A stretch of DNA of 63,632 bases, the filler included, from Neolecta irregularis DAH-3 (taxonomy: Eukaryota), in assembly GCA_001929475.1 (NCBI GenBank). It is 7 parts of 7 records of this genome, joined end to end, with 100 filler letters (N's around TTAATTAATTAA, not from the genome) between each part and the next. Parts side by side here need not be neighbours in the genome. Positions count along the whole stretch, not along the records: positions 1 to 25,090 come from LXFE01000478.1; 6 more parts are not named here. One strand, 5' to 3'. The position numbers were made by a program, and so were the translations under genes. Under the pieces are notes generated by a model, which searched no databases, had not been told where the DNA came from, and worked only from the letters and a program-made list of their open reading frames with translations. Shown here piece after piece: positions 1 through 11,695 of the stretch; position 1 is the first letter of the stretch; every line of letters begins with the position of its first letter.

Positions 1-1229
1 TTCCATAGTAAACTTGAGCTTTCTCAAAGTCGGGAGAGACATGGATTCCAACTTCGTAGAAATAGCCCAATGCGAATTCAGCAGTCGCATTTCCCCTACC
101 GGCGGCCCGAAGCGCGTGGACAAATGCCAGCTCTTCGTTTTTTTCAAAGACGCCTTCAGAGCCGCAGAGATACCATTTGGACAGCGCCATATCCGCTTCC
201 ACCTCGCCTTTTCCGGTTAGCCTATCTCTTGCAAGAAAAAGTACCTCGGATTGCAGCGAGAGTGTAGTAATATAGAGAGACCGCAGGATCAAAAGGCTCG
301 TCGTAATTCCCGAATTCATAAATATTTCCCAGCTTCAACAGGGCGGGGCCGAAGCCGAGATTGGAGGCTTTTTCAAGCATTGTAACGGCGGCACGTATAT
401 CTTTGCGGAGAAACTCGTCTGGAATTTGAACTCCGGGAAGATCTTTAGCCAAGAGTAAGCCAAAGACGTAGCAACCTTTTTGGTCAGTCTTCGGAGGGAA
501 TAGAGGGACCTTGTGGAGCATCTTGATCTGCAGTTGTTGCAGCTACATGGAGTCTCGAGATACCTTTGGCGAAATCTTGTTTGTGTCCATGTTGGCCCAA
601 GATGGTCATCATTCCGAGTCTCTGGAGGGTCAAGAGGGCCAAGGAGAACGAGGGGGTGTACATAGTTTGCAGCGCAGTCGTTTTTTGACGCAGCTCTGTT
701 GTAAATTTGAATAGCTCTCCGCATATCGTCTGCTTTTTCGTACTATGAATCAGGAATAGATTTAGGAGAAGAGGACCTGCACGCCGAGACGATATTCTGC
801 CCTGGCGAACCCGGCTTGGGCGGCGCTCTTGTAGAGCTGGAAGGCAGCTTTGCGGTCCTGTGATTGACCAAACCTGCCGAATTCGAACCAGGTGGCCTTG
901 CAGTACAGTGCTCTTGGGGTGCCTTGATTAGCAAAGTGCTCGACGATGGCAACAGCTTCGGCCTCCATCGAGGCGTGAGAGGAAGCTGGGGTGTGAGCGG
1001 GATATGAGCGGGCAGCATGGGCGGTGACAACATCGACGTAGTCGAGGGCCTGGCAGGCCCATTGCAGGCGATGGTCGGGGGATTGGGAGGAGGAGTCGCG
1101 GTCTGCATGGAGACGGGCGAGGAGGGTGTCAAAGTCTGGCGGGAGGGCCTGCGGGGGATGATAGATGGCGGGGAGAGTACAAGGGAAGAATGAGAAGGTG
1201 CCTGTGCTGAGGGACCCGCACGAGGACAT
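1..1229 (-). CDS. Sel1-repeat protein, chitin synthase activator (Chs4/Skt5-like); multi-exon, runs off the window start
   Basis: The exon ORFs carry Sel1 repeats (AFQLYKSAAQAGFARAEYRLG; MLEKASNLGFGPALLKLGNIYEFG; SLYYYTLAA). The N-terminal segment reads HRLQWACQALDYV. The start codon is uncertain. Confidence 0.75.
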
Positions 1230-1358
1230 GGCGACGAGATTGCTGGTAGTGCTGTTGGAGTGTTAGCATTGATCAGTGATGGATGGTACGCAGGGCGGCG
1301 CTAGTACTGTGCTGGGACAGATGTGCTGGTGCTGGACAGTATAATCGGAGTGTACCCG

Positions 1359-1593
1359 GGTGTAGTGCTGGTGATGCAGCTGGACTGATAGGTGTAGTGC
1401 TGGTGATGCAGCTGGACTGATAGGTGTAGTGCTGGTGATGCAGCTGGACTACAGGTGTAATGCTGGTGATGCAGCTGGACTGACAGGTGTAGTGCTGGTG
1501 ATGCAGCTGGCCTGATAGGTGTAATACTGGAGGATGACACGGACCAGCAGGTGTAGTGCTGGAGGATGACCAGGACCGACAGGTGTAGTGCTG
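1359..1593. repeat. Minisatellite, about 7.5 copies of a 32-bp unit
   Basis: The unit GGTGTAGTGCTGGTGATGCAGCTGGACTGATA starts at 1359, 1391, 1423, 1454, 1486 and 1518. Copies diverge toward the right end. Confidence 0.95.
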
Positions 1594-1872
1594 TCGGACT
1601 GCCACAGTACTGCTGTCCTGCTGTACTGCTACTCGTCTCTTGTCGGAGTGCTGCAGCAGGATCGCAGGATCGCCGCAGGCAGGCTGTGGGCGTAGCAGAC
1701 AGCCAACAGGAATTGCCGCCAGTCGCCATACTGGAAATCCAGCAGGCTGCGTACTACCGGGGTGCAATCACACGCTGGCACATCCCGCGCGACCCTCCCG
1801 CGGACCCGCTCCTGATCTCCATTACACAGTATATCCGTACTATATTACCATACACCTGCACTATGCCCCGCC

Positions 1873-2568
1873 TTATCGCAGCACTATCGGCGAGCTGCCG
1901 CGCGACACGACCACGATCCCGTTCTCCAGCTCGCGCACCGTTTCGCCAAACCCCGGAATGCTCTGCAGCACCCCGTTGCTCGCCTCGCCTTCGCCCAGCA
2001 CCAGCTTTGCAAACTGGCTCGGCGGCATGGCAAACGGGTGCCGCATGTACCACTCCGCCAGCTCCTGCTCCAGCTTCTCCGCCGCATCCACCTGCCCCGT
2101 CTTGCGCAGCGTGCGCGCCCAGTGTGCCATGCCCCAGATCCCAGAGTTGGTTCCGCGCTCAAACCTCTCGAATCCGCGCGCAAAGTAGTCCAGGGCCTCC
2201 GTGTTCTTCTCGTTGGCAGAAAGCGAGACGGCCAGGATAATCTGCGGCAGCGGGTCGTCGATCCCGGCTTGCTGGTGCTCCAGCACCCACCGGCAATGTT
2301 CCTCCGCGTCTCCGATCCGCGAGGGCTCGCTGTAGCGCAGAAACAGTACCAGTTGCCAGTGCGCCCGGTCCAGATTCCCCAGCCGGATCTCCTCGCGGCG
2401 CCCCGGAGACGACAGTATCTCGGGCGGAATCCCTATTTCCGCCAGGCTGCCGTCCTGGTTTGCGTTGAGAACAGCGATCATCTCCTTCAGCACCTTTATT
2501 GCTGCGGGTCGAAGGCTATTCGGAACGAGATCAGGCTGGACTTGCAACACATTTGTCGTCGGTGGCAT
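1873..2568 (-). CDS. Intronless GC-rich hypothetical protein, 231 aa, possibly helical/TPR-like
   Basis: Clean ATG-to-stop ORF with protein-like composition and helical-repeat-like segments (EALDYFARG, WARTLRKTGQVDAAEKL). Confidence 0.6.
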   Translation of the reverse strand: MPPTTNVLQVQPDLVPNSLRPAAIKVLKEMIAVLNANQDGSLAEIGIPPEILSSPGRREEIRLGNLDRAHWQLVLFLRYSEPSRIGDAEEHCRWVLEHQQAGIDDPLPQIILAVSLSANEKNTEALDYFARGFERFERGTNSGIWGMAHWARTLRKTGQVDAAEKLEQELAEWYMRHPFAMPPSQFAKLVLGEGEASNGVLQSIPGFGETVRELENGIVVVSRGSSPIVLR

Positions 2569-5014
2569 CTACGAACGTTAAACTACGATTGTGCTCTGTA
2601 TCGGACGAGTCAAGTTGTCCAGATGCCCCGCCCCCGCCCCCCGACGCATTTTATACAAGATCCAAAGAACACTCTTGAAAAAACTTGATGACCTTCTAGT
2701 CTCCATTTGGTCCATATCACGGGGGTTTGCAGCTGCTAGTCTGAGAATCCAGCAGGATTTTCCTCGAGTCCGGAATTACCCTTCCTTCGCGGGCAAGCAA
2801 AGTCTCTCACGCTGCTTTGTTTGCCAATCCGCCGCCGCCTGTTTGTCTCAAACCCCGTTCTCGCCGCCTATCTCTTTGTATCTGCGTTCCCTTTCTCGAA
2901 AAAGAAAGCGCCCCCACCCCCGCATCTCTGTTCAATGTCTCACCTTCCAAAACCTGTCTCCTCGCAAGCATCTCCCCCGTTCTCGCGTCTTTCCCAACAG
3001 GTAGACTGTTTCCCAGCGTGCCCATTATCTCCGTTCTCCCTCTGCCAAAGACTAAAAAGCAGGTTCCCCTTCGCGAGAACAGGTATTTTTTTTAATCTCA
3101 CACATAGTGCCACATCTCACACCCCAAAGTCTAAACTTCAATTTCAGAATTCTCTCCACACGCGTTCTGTTTGATCTATCACCAAACAGCTCCAACACGC
3201 GTTTTTCAACTTCCCATCTGCCGCTTATTCTACCGGCAAAGATGTTCAGGTGATCTTCAAGCACCAACCCAGCCACATAATAAAGTTCCAAAGAGAATCA
3301 TATTAATAGAAACCATTGATTCCTGGTTGGCAAGTAATTCGTTCCCTGGGTTAGTCAGTTTCTTGACCCCCGTAACTTGATTCACCTTCCTAGATCCCGG
3401 ATCTAGAAGACCTTTGCTCACCTCCATTTGTCGGATTCCGTTTGACGTGAAAACTTGAATTCTTGCCGTCCATGTCGCGCTTGGCTTCACTATAATAGCC
3501 AAATATAACTATTGTGATACAAGGGGTGTGTGTTTCCATGAAAGGAGGACCCACCAGTCTCTACAAACGGCAGATTATCCCAGTCATTTTTTCATGGTTC
3601 TAGTAACAAGGGAAACTAAACATGAGGGTAGACCGACAGTAACTAATTGACATCGATTGACTCTTGATTTATAATACGTTCATGCATATCAGAGTACGTC
3701 CCAATGACAATTACCTCTCCGACCCCTCATCACATTTAGTTCCCCTGTTCTAGTCCCGTTGATCATTTATATTATTCTTTTACTAGTAAGCTAATTCAAG
3801 CCCCTAAACGCTTCTCTTCCTGGATTATTTAGATGATGGGTTATAACTATTCCTACATACATAACGACTAGGTAAAGCTAGTGTTTATGACGAGAGTACT
3901 CCACATGAATCAGCGACACGCACCACCGCAACCAAACCTTTGGACATAACCAAAGAGATCATGACGCAGAGCAACTAGCATCACTCCAGGCTAATTATGG
4001 GCAATCACAGGCGTCGCCACCAAGTACGTAAGTGGGGAGGCGGATTACAAATGGAGGTAGTTTGCAAATGCTTATTTATTATATTAGTAGCGTCTAGCTT
4101 GACTAGCAGACTCAACCTGATATTCAATCCAAGTAGTTTCTTTTACTCTAAATGATTACGCCTGCGCGACTATCAAACTTAAGTCCAAATAAGCACCAAA
4201 TCCAAGTTTTCGTGCAAAGAAAATCCCACGGTTCTCCTTTTTTCAAGTGCATTTGTCCCATCAAAAATAAGATTCTCCCAGGTATTAAAAGAACATTACT
4301 AGATTGATCCTTCCCCTTATTTATCTCCCGCAAGTGAAACTGCATATATCGCTGAATTCGAGCTTAGGGCCACAGTTTTGGGAATTGTTGCCGAAACTAT
4401 TTATATCCCTAAACTTGACCTTGAATTGTCTTTTGAGCAATCAGGAAATTTATATGATCGATAACGTGACTAGACAAAAGTATAAAAAGAAAATCACAAA
4501 GGTGGTCTGAGATTTTCATTAAAGGTAATACACGTGTAACAAGCAGGTTGTAATCCCAAAATTCTAACAAAATCTGGATCAAAAGAAAAAAAGGAATTCT
4601 TAGGTTCTTGGTTTGAATGGATAGAGTTTATCCAGCGCGTCCTATAACGGAAGCTACAGTGATACTTGTAGGAAACAAGTAGCCATATCACTTGTAGTGA
4701 GTGGCCAGATAGATAGATCAAAGAAGAACGACTCCTTTAACCTCTATACATGTTACCTGTAAATCATAGCTTCGTGCTAAACGTATTAGGTATAACGTAA
4801 TAGCTAGTGATGACCTGGCTAAAGTTCTTTAGAGCAGGCAGTTGAGAGATTCATTTTCTTTCATAGTAAAAGGGTTTTCTAGAAGGTAACAAAGTGAAAG
4901 CTTCATATATAAAGGTACAAGCACTCTATCAACAAACTCTTTGCATAAAGCCAACCTAGAACACCAGTGATATAACTCGCAGGATATCTTTTCTTCAAAA
5001 TCACCAGCAGCAAA

Positions 5015-6049
5015 CTAACTCCAATATCCTGGTAAAATAAAGGCAATCTTTTCTTTTGCTGCTTTTGAAATGAAGTCTGATTTCGTAGCAATTGAAAACT
5101 TCATTTGACCTTTGCGTTTCTCGCCTAGTCCTTTGGTCAGTCCCCGTTCACATTTAGCGAGCAAGAGAGCTAGAATTTTCATAGCATTCATGACATTTCC
5201 CGTCATCACAGCTGTGACCTCGTCAACTGTCACAATATCCTCTGAATCACGCCAACAATCATAATCGGTGGCCATACAGATCATGCCATAGGAAATTTCG
5301 GCCTCAAGAGCCAGTTTCGATTCAGGAAGACAGGACCTTGAACTCAGTGAGATCGAGATATAATGATCTTACATGTTGATGGCGTCTCCCCCCCAGCTTC
5401 GATAGAGATTGCTCTCTGCTCTAGTAGAGAAAGCAGGTCCCTCCATGCAAATCAAGGTTACCTCACGGCCCAAAGTTTTCTTGGAATGGATTTTCAACCC
5501 GTCAACTCTAACGCTGTCGATAACCTCTTCAACATCCGAACAGAATGGGTCGGCAAAGGAGACGTGAGAAATTAACCCATCTTCAAAGAAGGAACTCGGT
5601 CGAATTCCTTTAGTTCGGTCGATTACTTGAGTTGGAACAACGAAATCACCTGGCGAAATTTCTTCTTGCAACGAACCGACTGCGCTGAATGCCAAAATAA
5701 TTTTAACGCCGAGGGATTTGAGAGCAGCGATGTTTTCCCTATAAGGAACGGTGGACGGAGAGAACGTATGACCTGGCCCATGCCTGGCAAGGAAAGCAAT
5801 GGGTGTTCCTGACGCGGTCTTGGCGATTGTGATTGGCGATGAAGGTGATCCCCAAGGCTGAAGGTTAGTCAATGGATTTTGGAAGCAAGGTACAGTCGAA
5901 ATTTCTAATTTTGCGACTGGAGTAAGGGCATCGAACGAGTAAAAGCCTGAACCACCAATGACTGCAATTGGAACGGTATCTATTATATGACTCGGTAAAG
6001 GCTACTTTCTGAGAGAGAAACCTGTGAATGAGTTTGGGAGGTCAGTCAT
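5015..6049 (-). CDS. MEU1: S-methyl-5'-thioadenosine phosphorylase (MTAP), 3 exons
   Basis: Motifs IAVIGGSG, FLARHG, MEGPAFSTRAES, E-KLALEAEISY and ATDYDCW. Introns lie at about 5981-6021 and 5337-5372. Confidence 0.95.
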
Positions 6050-6307
6050 TATCTGCTGTTGATGGCAAAGTGCGATTGAGGTTGAAAGAGAAATTATTTC
6101 GGTTGTAATCGGTTCAAAAAATTACTAGACTCAAAAACCTGACATTTCCTACTCGGGCAGAAAATCTGAATCTATGCCAGCAAAGATTGTCAAATGCGGG
6201 ACAAGGATGGTCTATGTATCACAATTAGGCCGAATGAAGACATTTAAATGTCAATCGTACGTCTATGAATGGTACTACCCATATTGAACCGACAATAGTT
6301 CATAGAT

Positions 6308-7410
6308 TTATACCTTTTCTTCGGGAGTCAGGACATTAAGCATTGCATCTTCATCAGCTTTCCATTCCATCGAAAGACTATATATCAGCTTCCTCATTAT
6401 TTTGAATACCTTACAATTCCCGCTGCCAATGTTGTACTGATTGTAATTTTCTGTTCCGCCTCTGACAATGGCCTTTCGAAACGTAATATTAATCCTTCCC
6501 TCAAACTTCAGCAAAATTCGAGCCAGAGAGAAGATACTCCTGCAAACTTTCGTTTAGGAATGGAATGTAGCCATCGTGCTTGGGTTGTACCTCGCATGAC
6601 GATCATGTCACCCGATACAAGATTTGTTTTCCATTTAACTGAACTGTCACCTTTGTGTTTCATTAAGCTATGTATAAAAATAGTTCAAGATAAGGAGGAT
6701 GTCATACAATTCACGGGATTCGCCCAATGTTAGACTTGCGATACATGGGTTCTTTCCAAGGAATTTTTCGTCGTCAGAATGATATGAAATGCTATCATCC
6801 CCATCTTTATAATAATTGAGTAGACAGAAATTGAATTTTTCGCCCGTGGCCTTTTCGACATACTGTAAATTAGCTCCTAAGCCAATATCGAGGACTTACT
6901 CTCTTCAGCCTGAGAAGGCATGAAGGGATAGGTCTTGGCGTGCATTTATACACCTTCAATATTTGGGTTGAATAAAACCTGGGATTTTCGACTATCGACC
7001 CATCACCGGCAAAGATTCCGGTATCATCGATCCCAAACACAGTGGTAAAGCGAGGTGTCTTTACAATTCGGTTATGCGCAGGATATTCTACCCGATACCT
7101 GTGATCAATGTCGATCCGAGAGAAAAGAAATTCACCAGGGCAGCTCATTTCTCAAAAATTCAAAAAGAGTGTGGGATGCTGATCGCTGAATGAAGGGTGT
7201 GAATGACAATATATCGAGGTCTTTAAGATTGTTTATCCTTTTGGATGCTGGCAAAATATGTGCATCGAGATTAAATGGAAGGGCAGAGATAGGGAATGGA
7301 TATGAGTCATGGGTGGATGGTGATTCCGAGCTTTGTTCTAGTAATGGAGATGACGATCTTTTGCATCTTTTTGATGGCAGAAGAAAGGCATCGAGTGTGC
7401 GTTTGGACAT
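6308..7410 (-). CDS. AlkB-family 2OG-Fe(II) dioxygenase (ALKBH2/3-like), multi-exon
   Basis: Motifs TPRFTTVFG, FNFCLLNYYKDGDDSISYHSDDE (HxD), IASLTLG, WLHSIPK and RINITFR. Confidence 0.88.
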
Positions 7411-8172
7411 CTTCAGCGGTTGAATGTCGTCACCTTTACTTACCCACTTCAAATATCAGTGTTGTTTAGATAGATCTCAGTATTTACCGTTGTTCTGAAG
7501 AAGCAAACCACTATTTCTGTCTCGTAAATGTTCTCTGTCCACTAACCAAAGTAATCCACTCTTTCTACGATCGCCTTACATGTAGCTCTCTCTAAAATCG
7601 CGAAAATGATTGGGTCTTATTGCACAGGTCCTGCTCCTTAGGGATATTGATCTGACTGGTTTACCAAATTTGAAGTTTAATTTAAGAGATTTTATTGATC
7701 CAATTGTCTTTCAAAGTTTGAAAATCTACTGAGAGAAAGTGATCCTATACCTTTGAAATTCTTTAGCAAGTGGAAACCAACAGGTTCTTGAGCTTTAAAG
7801 ATAAAGATTGACAAAATGAAACTCTAGAAATGATTTTGTGCCTCTTTCAGTTTTCGCTCTTATCGGCTCAATCCAAAACTCAGACCACGCTTTGCGAGAA
7901 CCTTTTTAGGAAAGAAAAAAGGTTTTCGTCATTGTAAAAATAAGGGATCATCGAGGGAGCGGGATAGTGTATTTTGAAACCGAATGTTTTAACTGAATGC
8001 ACTGTAAAAATTGGCACACTTTGAACCATGTTAGTATCTTGAATATTGCTCAATCGTCGGTTGAATGAAATTGCCGCTGCAACTCAATCGTGCAGTCACG
8101 CCCCAACTTGGCGTAACCTTATCAGTTTTTTGGTGAACCACTTCACATCAACTAAACTTCGTAACAAGCGCT

Positions 8173-11033
8173 ATGGCCCGCCTGAACCTGAACGCTCAGT
8201 CAAGTCCTGTCATCGATACAAAAAATGAATCTTCATCTGCCGAATCGCCTCAGGATAAATCTGTGGATTTATTTCTCGGTGACAGATTAAATAAACTCAA
8301 TTTATCGCCCATCTTCTCAAACAACGGGGGAGTACAAACGGATACAACGCCAAAATCGACTCGTAGAATCTGCACTCATGGTGATAGTACACCCTCGTGG
8401 AAAAAACCTCTGTCAGAAGTGATTAACTTGGAGACTCCAGAAGACTCAGATCTGCCACAGTCAATTGTTCCTCTAACCTATCCTTTTCAACCGCTCATCT
8501 CTGTAAACATCAGTCAACAGCAACTCGCGAAGTCAAGTCAACCGCTATATCCACCACTCACTAATCAATATCCCGCGAATCTACTCATCCCGTCAGTCTC
8601 TGCACAGAAACATGGCCCGAAATCAAAATTCTTCCAGCAAATAGCCACTATGAAAGATAAGAACAAGCGGGATGAAGTTCAATTTGGAAAGACAAGTACC
8701 ATCCTGTCACCTTTATCAAATGTGAAAGGCATGTTTTCAGTATACCATATATATACTGAGCTCCAGTCCAGAAACCGATATCAAGACCCACAAGTTCTTC
8801 CAACATTCCTAAAGGTACCTATCAGACATAGGCTGATACTGACTAAAGCCCCGTTTGGCCAACACAACACTTACAACGATATTCTCCCGACAAATTCTGC
8901 TGCATGGAATACAAAGTTCTTATCAAATTCCCAACCAGTAAAAGTACAAATCCCGAAAAACGATTCTCCAACCTGGACTCAATCACGCGAACAGAAATCT
9001 CCTATCACAAAATTAGACAGCCCACCTGACATGGGACATGGGCTTTTTACTGTTTCAGAGGCCGAAAAACACATAAAAGAATTATTCGCTGGGAATGTGA
9101 TCAATGAGGAAGAGGAGGCTGGAGAGCGAAGTAAATCGGTGGAAGGGTTGAATGTCGAGTTAATGGATCATCAAATTGATGGACTCACGTTTCTCAGAAA
9201 CAGAGAATCCGGTAAGAGCAAAGGTGGAATACTTGCAGATGATGTAACTTTCCTTGCTTTTCAAATCTTACAAACAGATGGGTCTTGGGAAAACCGTGCA
9301 AATACTCGCATTAATTCTCGCCAATCCTTCCCCATCAAAGAAACAGCCAACGCTTGTTGTTGTTCCGTTGTCTCTGCTCGATCAATGGCATCGAGAAATA
9401 TCAACTAAGACGAATCTCACAGTCCTTAAGCATCATGGTACAAAACGAGCAACATCAGGAGAAGGCATTCGAAAGCATGATATTATTGTGACGACTTATG
9501 ACATTATTCGCTCGGAATGGAATGGACTTGAGTATACAGAAAAGAACAAGGACGACGAATTTGGAATAGGCTGTTTTAAGGTTGTTTGGCATCGGATTGT
9601 CCTCGGTTTAATCTTTGTAAATTAAATGCTAACGCTCAGATGAGGCACAAATTATCAAAAACCGATCTTCAAAGGCAGCGAGAGCCGTGTGCGCCTTAGA
9701 TTCTCGAAACAAATGGTGTCTAACTGGAACTCCAATTCAAAATAGTGTAGACGAACTCTATTCTCTTATCAAATTTCTCCGCATTCAGCCATTTAGCGAC
9801 TTCTCACAGTGGAAGGAACGCATTTCTCAACCGATGAAAAGTGGCCATGGTGACAAAGCAATAAAAAGGTTGCACGCTTTTCTAGGAAAGATTTTGTTGC
9901 GGAGAACCAAAGAGTATCTGACATTAACCGGTAACAAACAATTGAAATTACCGCAGCGAAAAATCATTAACGACATCTGTGATTTTTCGGCAGTGGAAAG
10001 GGAATTTTACTCAAGGTTGGAGGCCACAGCTAATAAGACTCTGGATGAACTTGTTCATCAGGCTGAGGAGAGAGGGAAGGGTAATATGCTGAATATGCTG
10101 TGTCTCTTACTTCGGCTGAGGCAAGGCATGGATTACTCTCAGTATGAAATTGACCTATAGCGACTGTTCACTGGGAATTAGTTGCTCAGAAGTTAGATAT
10201 GAAATTGGCAGTGTCGGCTGGGGATTCAGTGGGAAAGAAAGAGCAGGCTGAGGAGATCGATGATGTTGCTGCATTGCTTAGTGGCCTAGGAATCGAGGAA
10301 CAAGCTACTCGGCGATGTGATATCTGTCTTACCGAGTTTGTCCATTTTTTTAGCCTCCTCGCTAATTGTAGATTGTCGGTAACAGATACTCCTAATGGAA
10401 AAAATTTATGTTTCGAGTGTCAAGAGCAAGGTCGCTCCATAACAAACCATAAGAGTATCATCACGTCGACCAAAGTGCGCAGGATGCTTGAGATTTTGAC
10501 AACCCGGGATGAAAGCGATCGAAAGACGATTGTATTTAGCCAATTCACTCAAATGTTCAATTTAATTGAACCGATGTTAGATGGTGCAGGAATCGGATAT
10601 GCGAGATGTTCGTTGCTTTTTATTTGATATTTTCTGATCAGTAGATGAAGGAAGCATGCCGAACTCCAAACGCGAAGAATCCCTTCGAAAACTCCGTGAA
10701 GATAACAAAACTCGGGTGCTTCTGTGTTCTCTAAAATGCGGGTCATTAGGTTTGACTTTGACCTCTGCTTCTAGAGTCATTCTTCTTGATGTCTGGTGGA
10801 ATCCTGCCGTGGAAAACCAAGCTATCGACCGTGTACATCGTATTGGTCAAATGAGAGATGTTGTCGTTCATAAAATCACAATTAAAGATACCGTAGAGGA
10901 GCGAATTGTTGCTATGCAGGAAAAGAAGAAGGCAATAGCTATGCAGGCACTAGGGGACTCCAAGGGCGGAAAGATGATTAGTAATAAATTAAGCTGGAGT
11001 GAGGCCTTGGCACTTTTTGGAAGGGATGGGTAA
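8173..11033 (+). CDS. SNF2-family Rad5/Rad16-like (Uls1/Rrp-type) ATPase with RING-like finger, 6 exons
   Basis: Motifs [38 protein letters not shown], CxxC...CxxC, FSQFT and [19 protein letters not shown]. Confidence 0.93.
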
Positions 11034-11695
11034 GTTGATCTTTGTTTCTTTATTTGAAAAATGTTCCGGGGTGAAAGGCATTATTCTTAATTTCGCATTG
11101 ATTATGATAAGCTTAATCTTGTGAGGGATCTCTTTCAATCTTTTCCGTACAATTGTGTTACCTTCAATTATGACCAGTATGCTATTGAACATACTATAGT
11201 ACACACGATGTTGATTATATCTGCAATTTTGACTTGGTTTTTAACATCAGAAGCGGACATGTGCCCACATAAAGATTCCCATGTCTCATTATCAAAATTA
11301 AGCTAGGTAGGTCCAAGACAATTAATCTGACACAGTGATCTACAGAGCGCTTAATTTTTCACGCTAAGTCATGTCATTCTGCTGTTCTCAAAGATGAACG
11401 CTGTTACTTGAATACTCCAAGTTTATATGAGAAGTCGAATTGATAACAATAACGACAGTTAAACGAACTTCTAAAGAGATCCTTTCTTCCAGGGTCATTA
11501 AACTCAAGTAAACAAACCAGTTCTATTCCTGTTGGCTTAGTTGTCTGTGCGGTTCGAACTCATGGTGAGCCGAGCTTAACCTCCAAGTTGCCGTTCCGAC
11601 TTACCTTTGATCGCCCATCGCATCCCATAGACAATGCCCTCGCTTGCGGCTTTATCCCTCTGTTATCCCAGTTGATGTATTGTGCTCATATCTCT

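Noticed and set aside
1359-1593. 32-bp repeats as a CRISPR array
   Set aside because: The units are head-to-tail with no unique spacers, there are no cas genes, and the context is eukaryotic.
1566-2688. Long plus-strand ORFs overlapping the 231-aa gene
   Set aside because: These are antisense shadow ORFs expected in GC-rich coding DNA, with Arg/Pro/Ala-biased translations.
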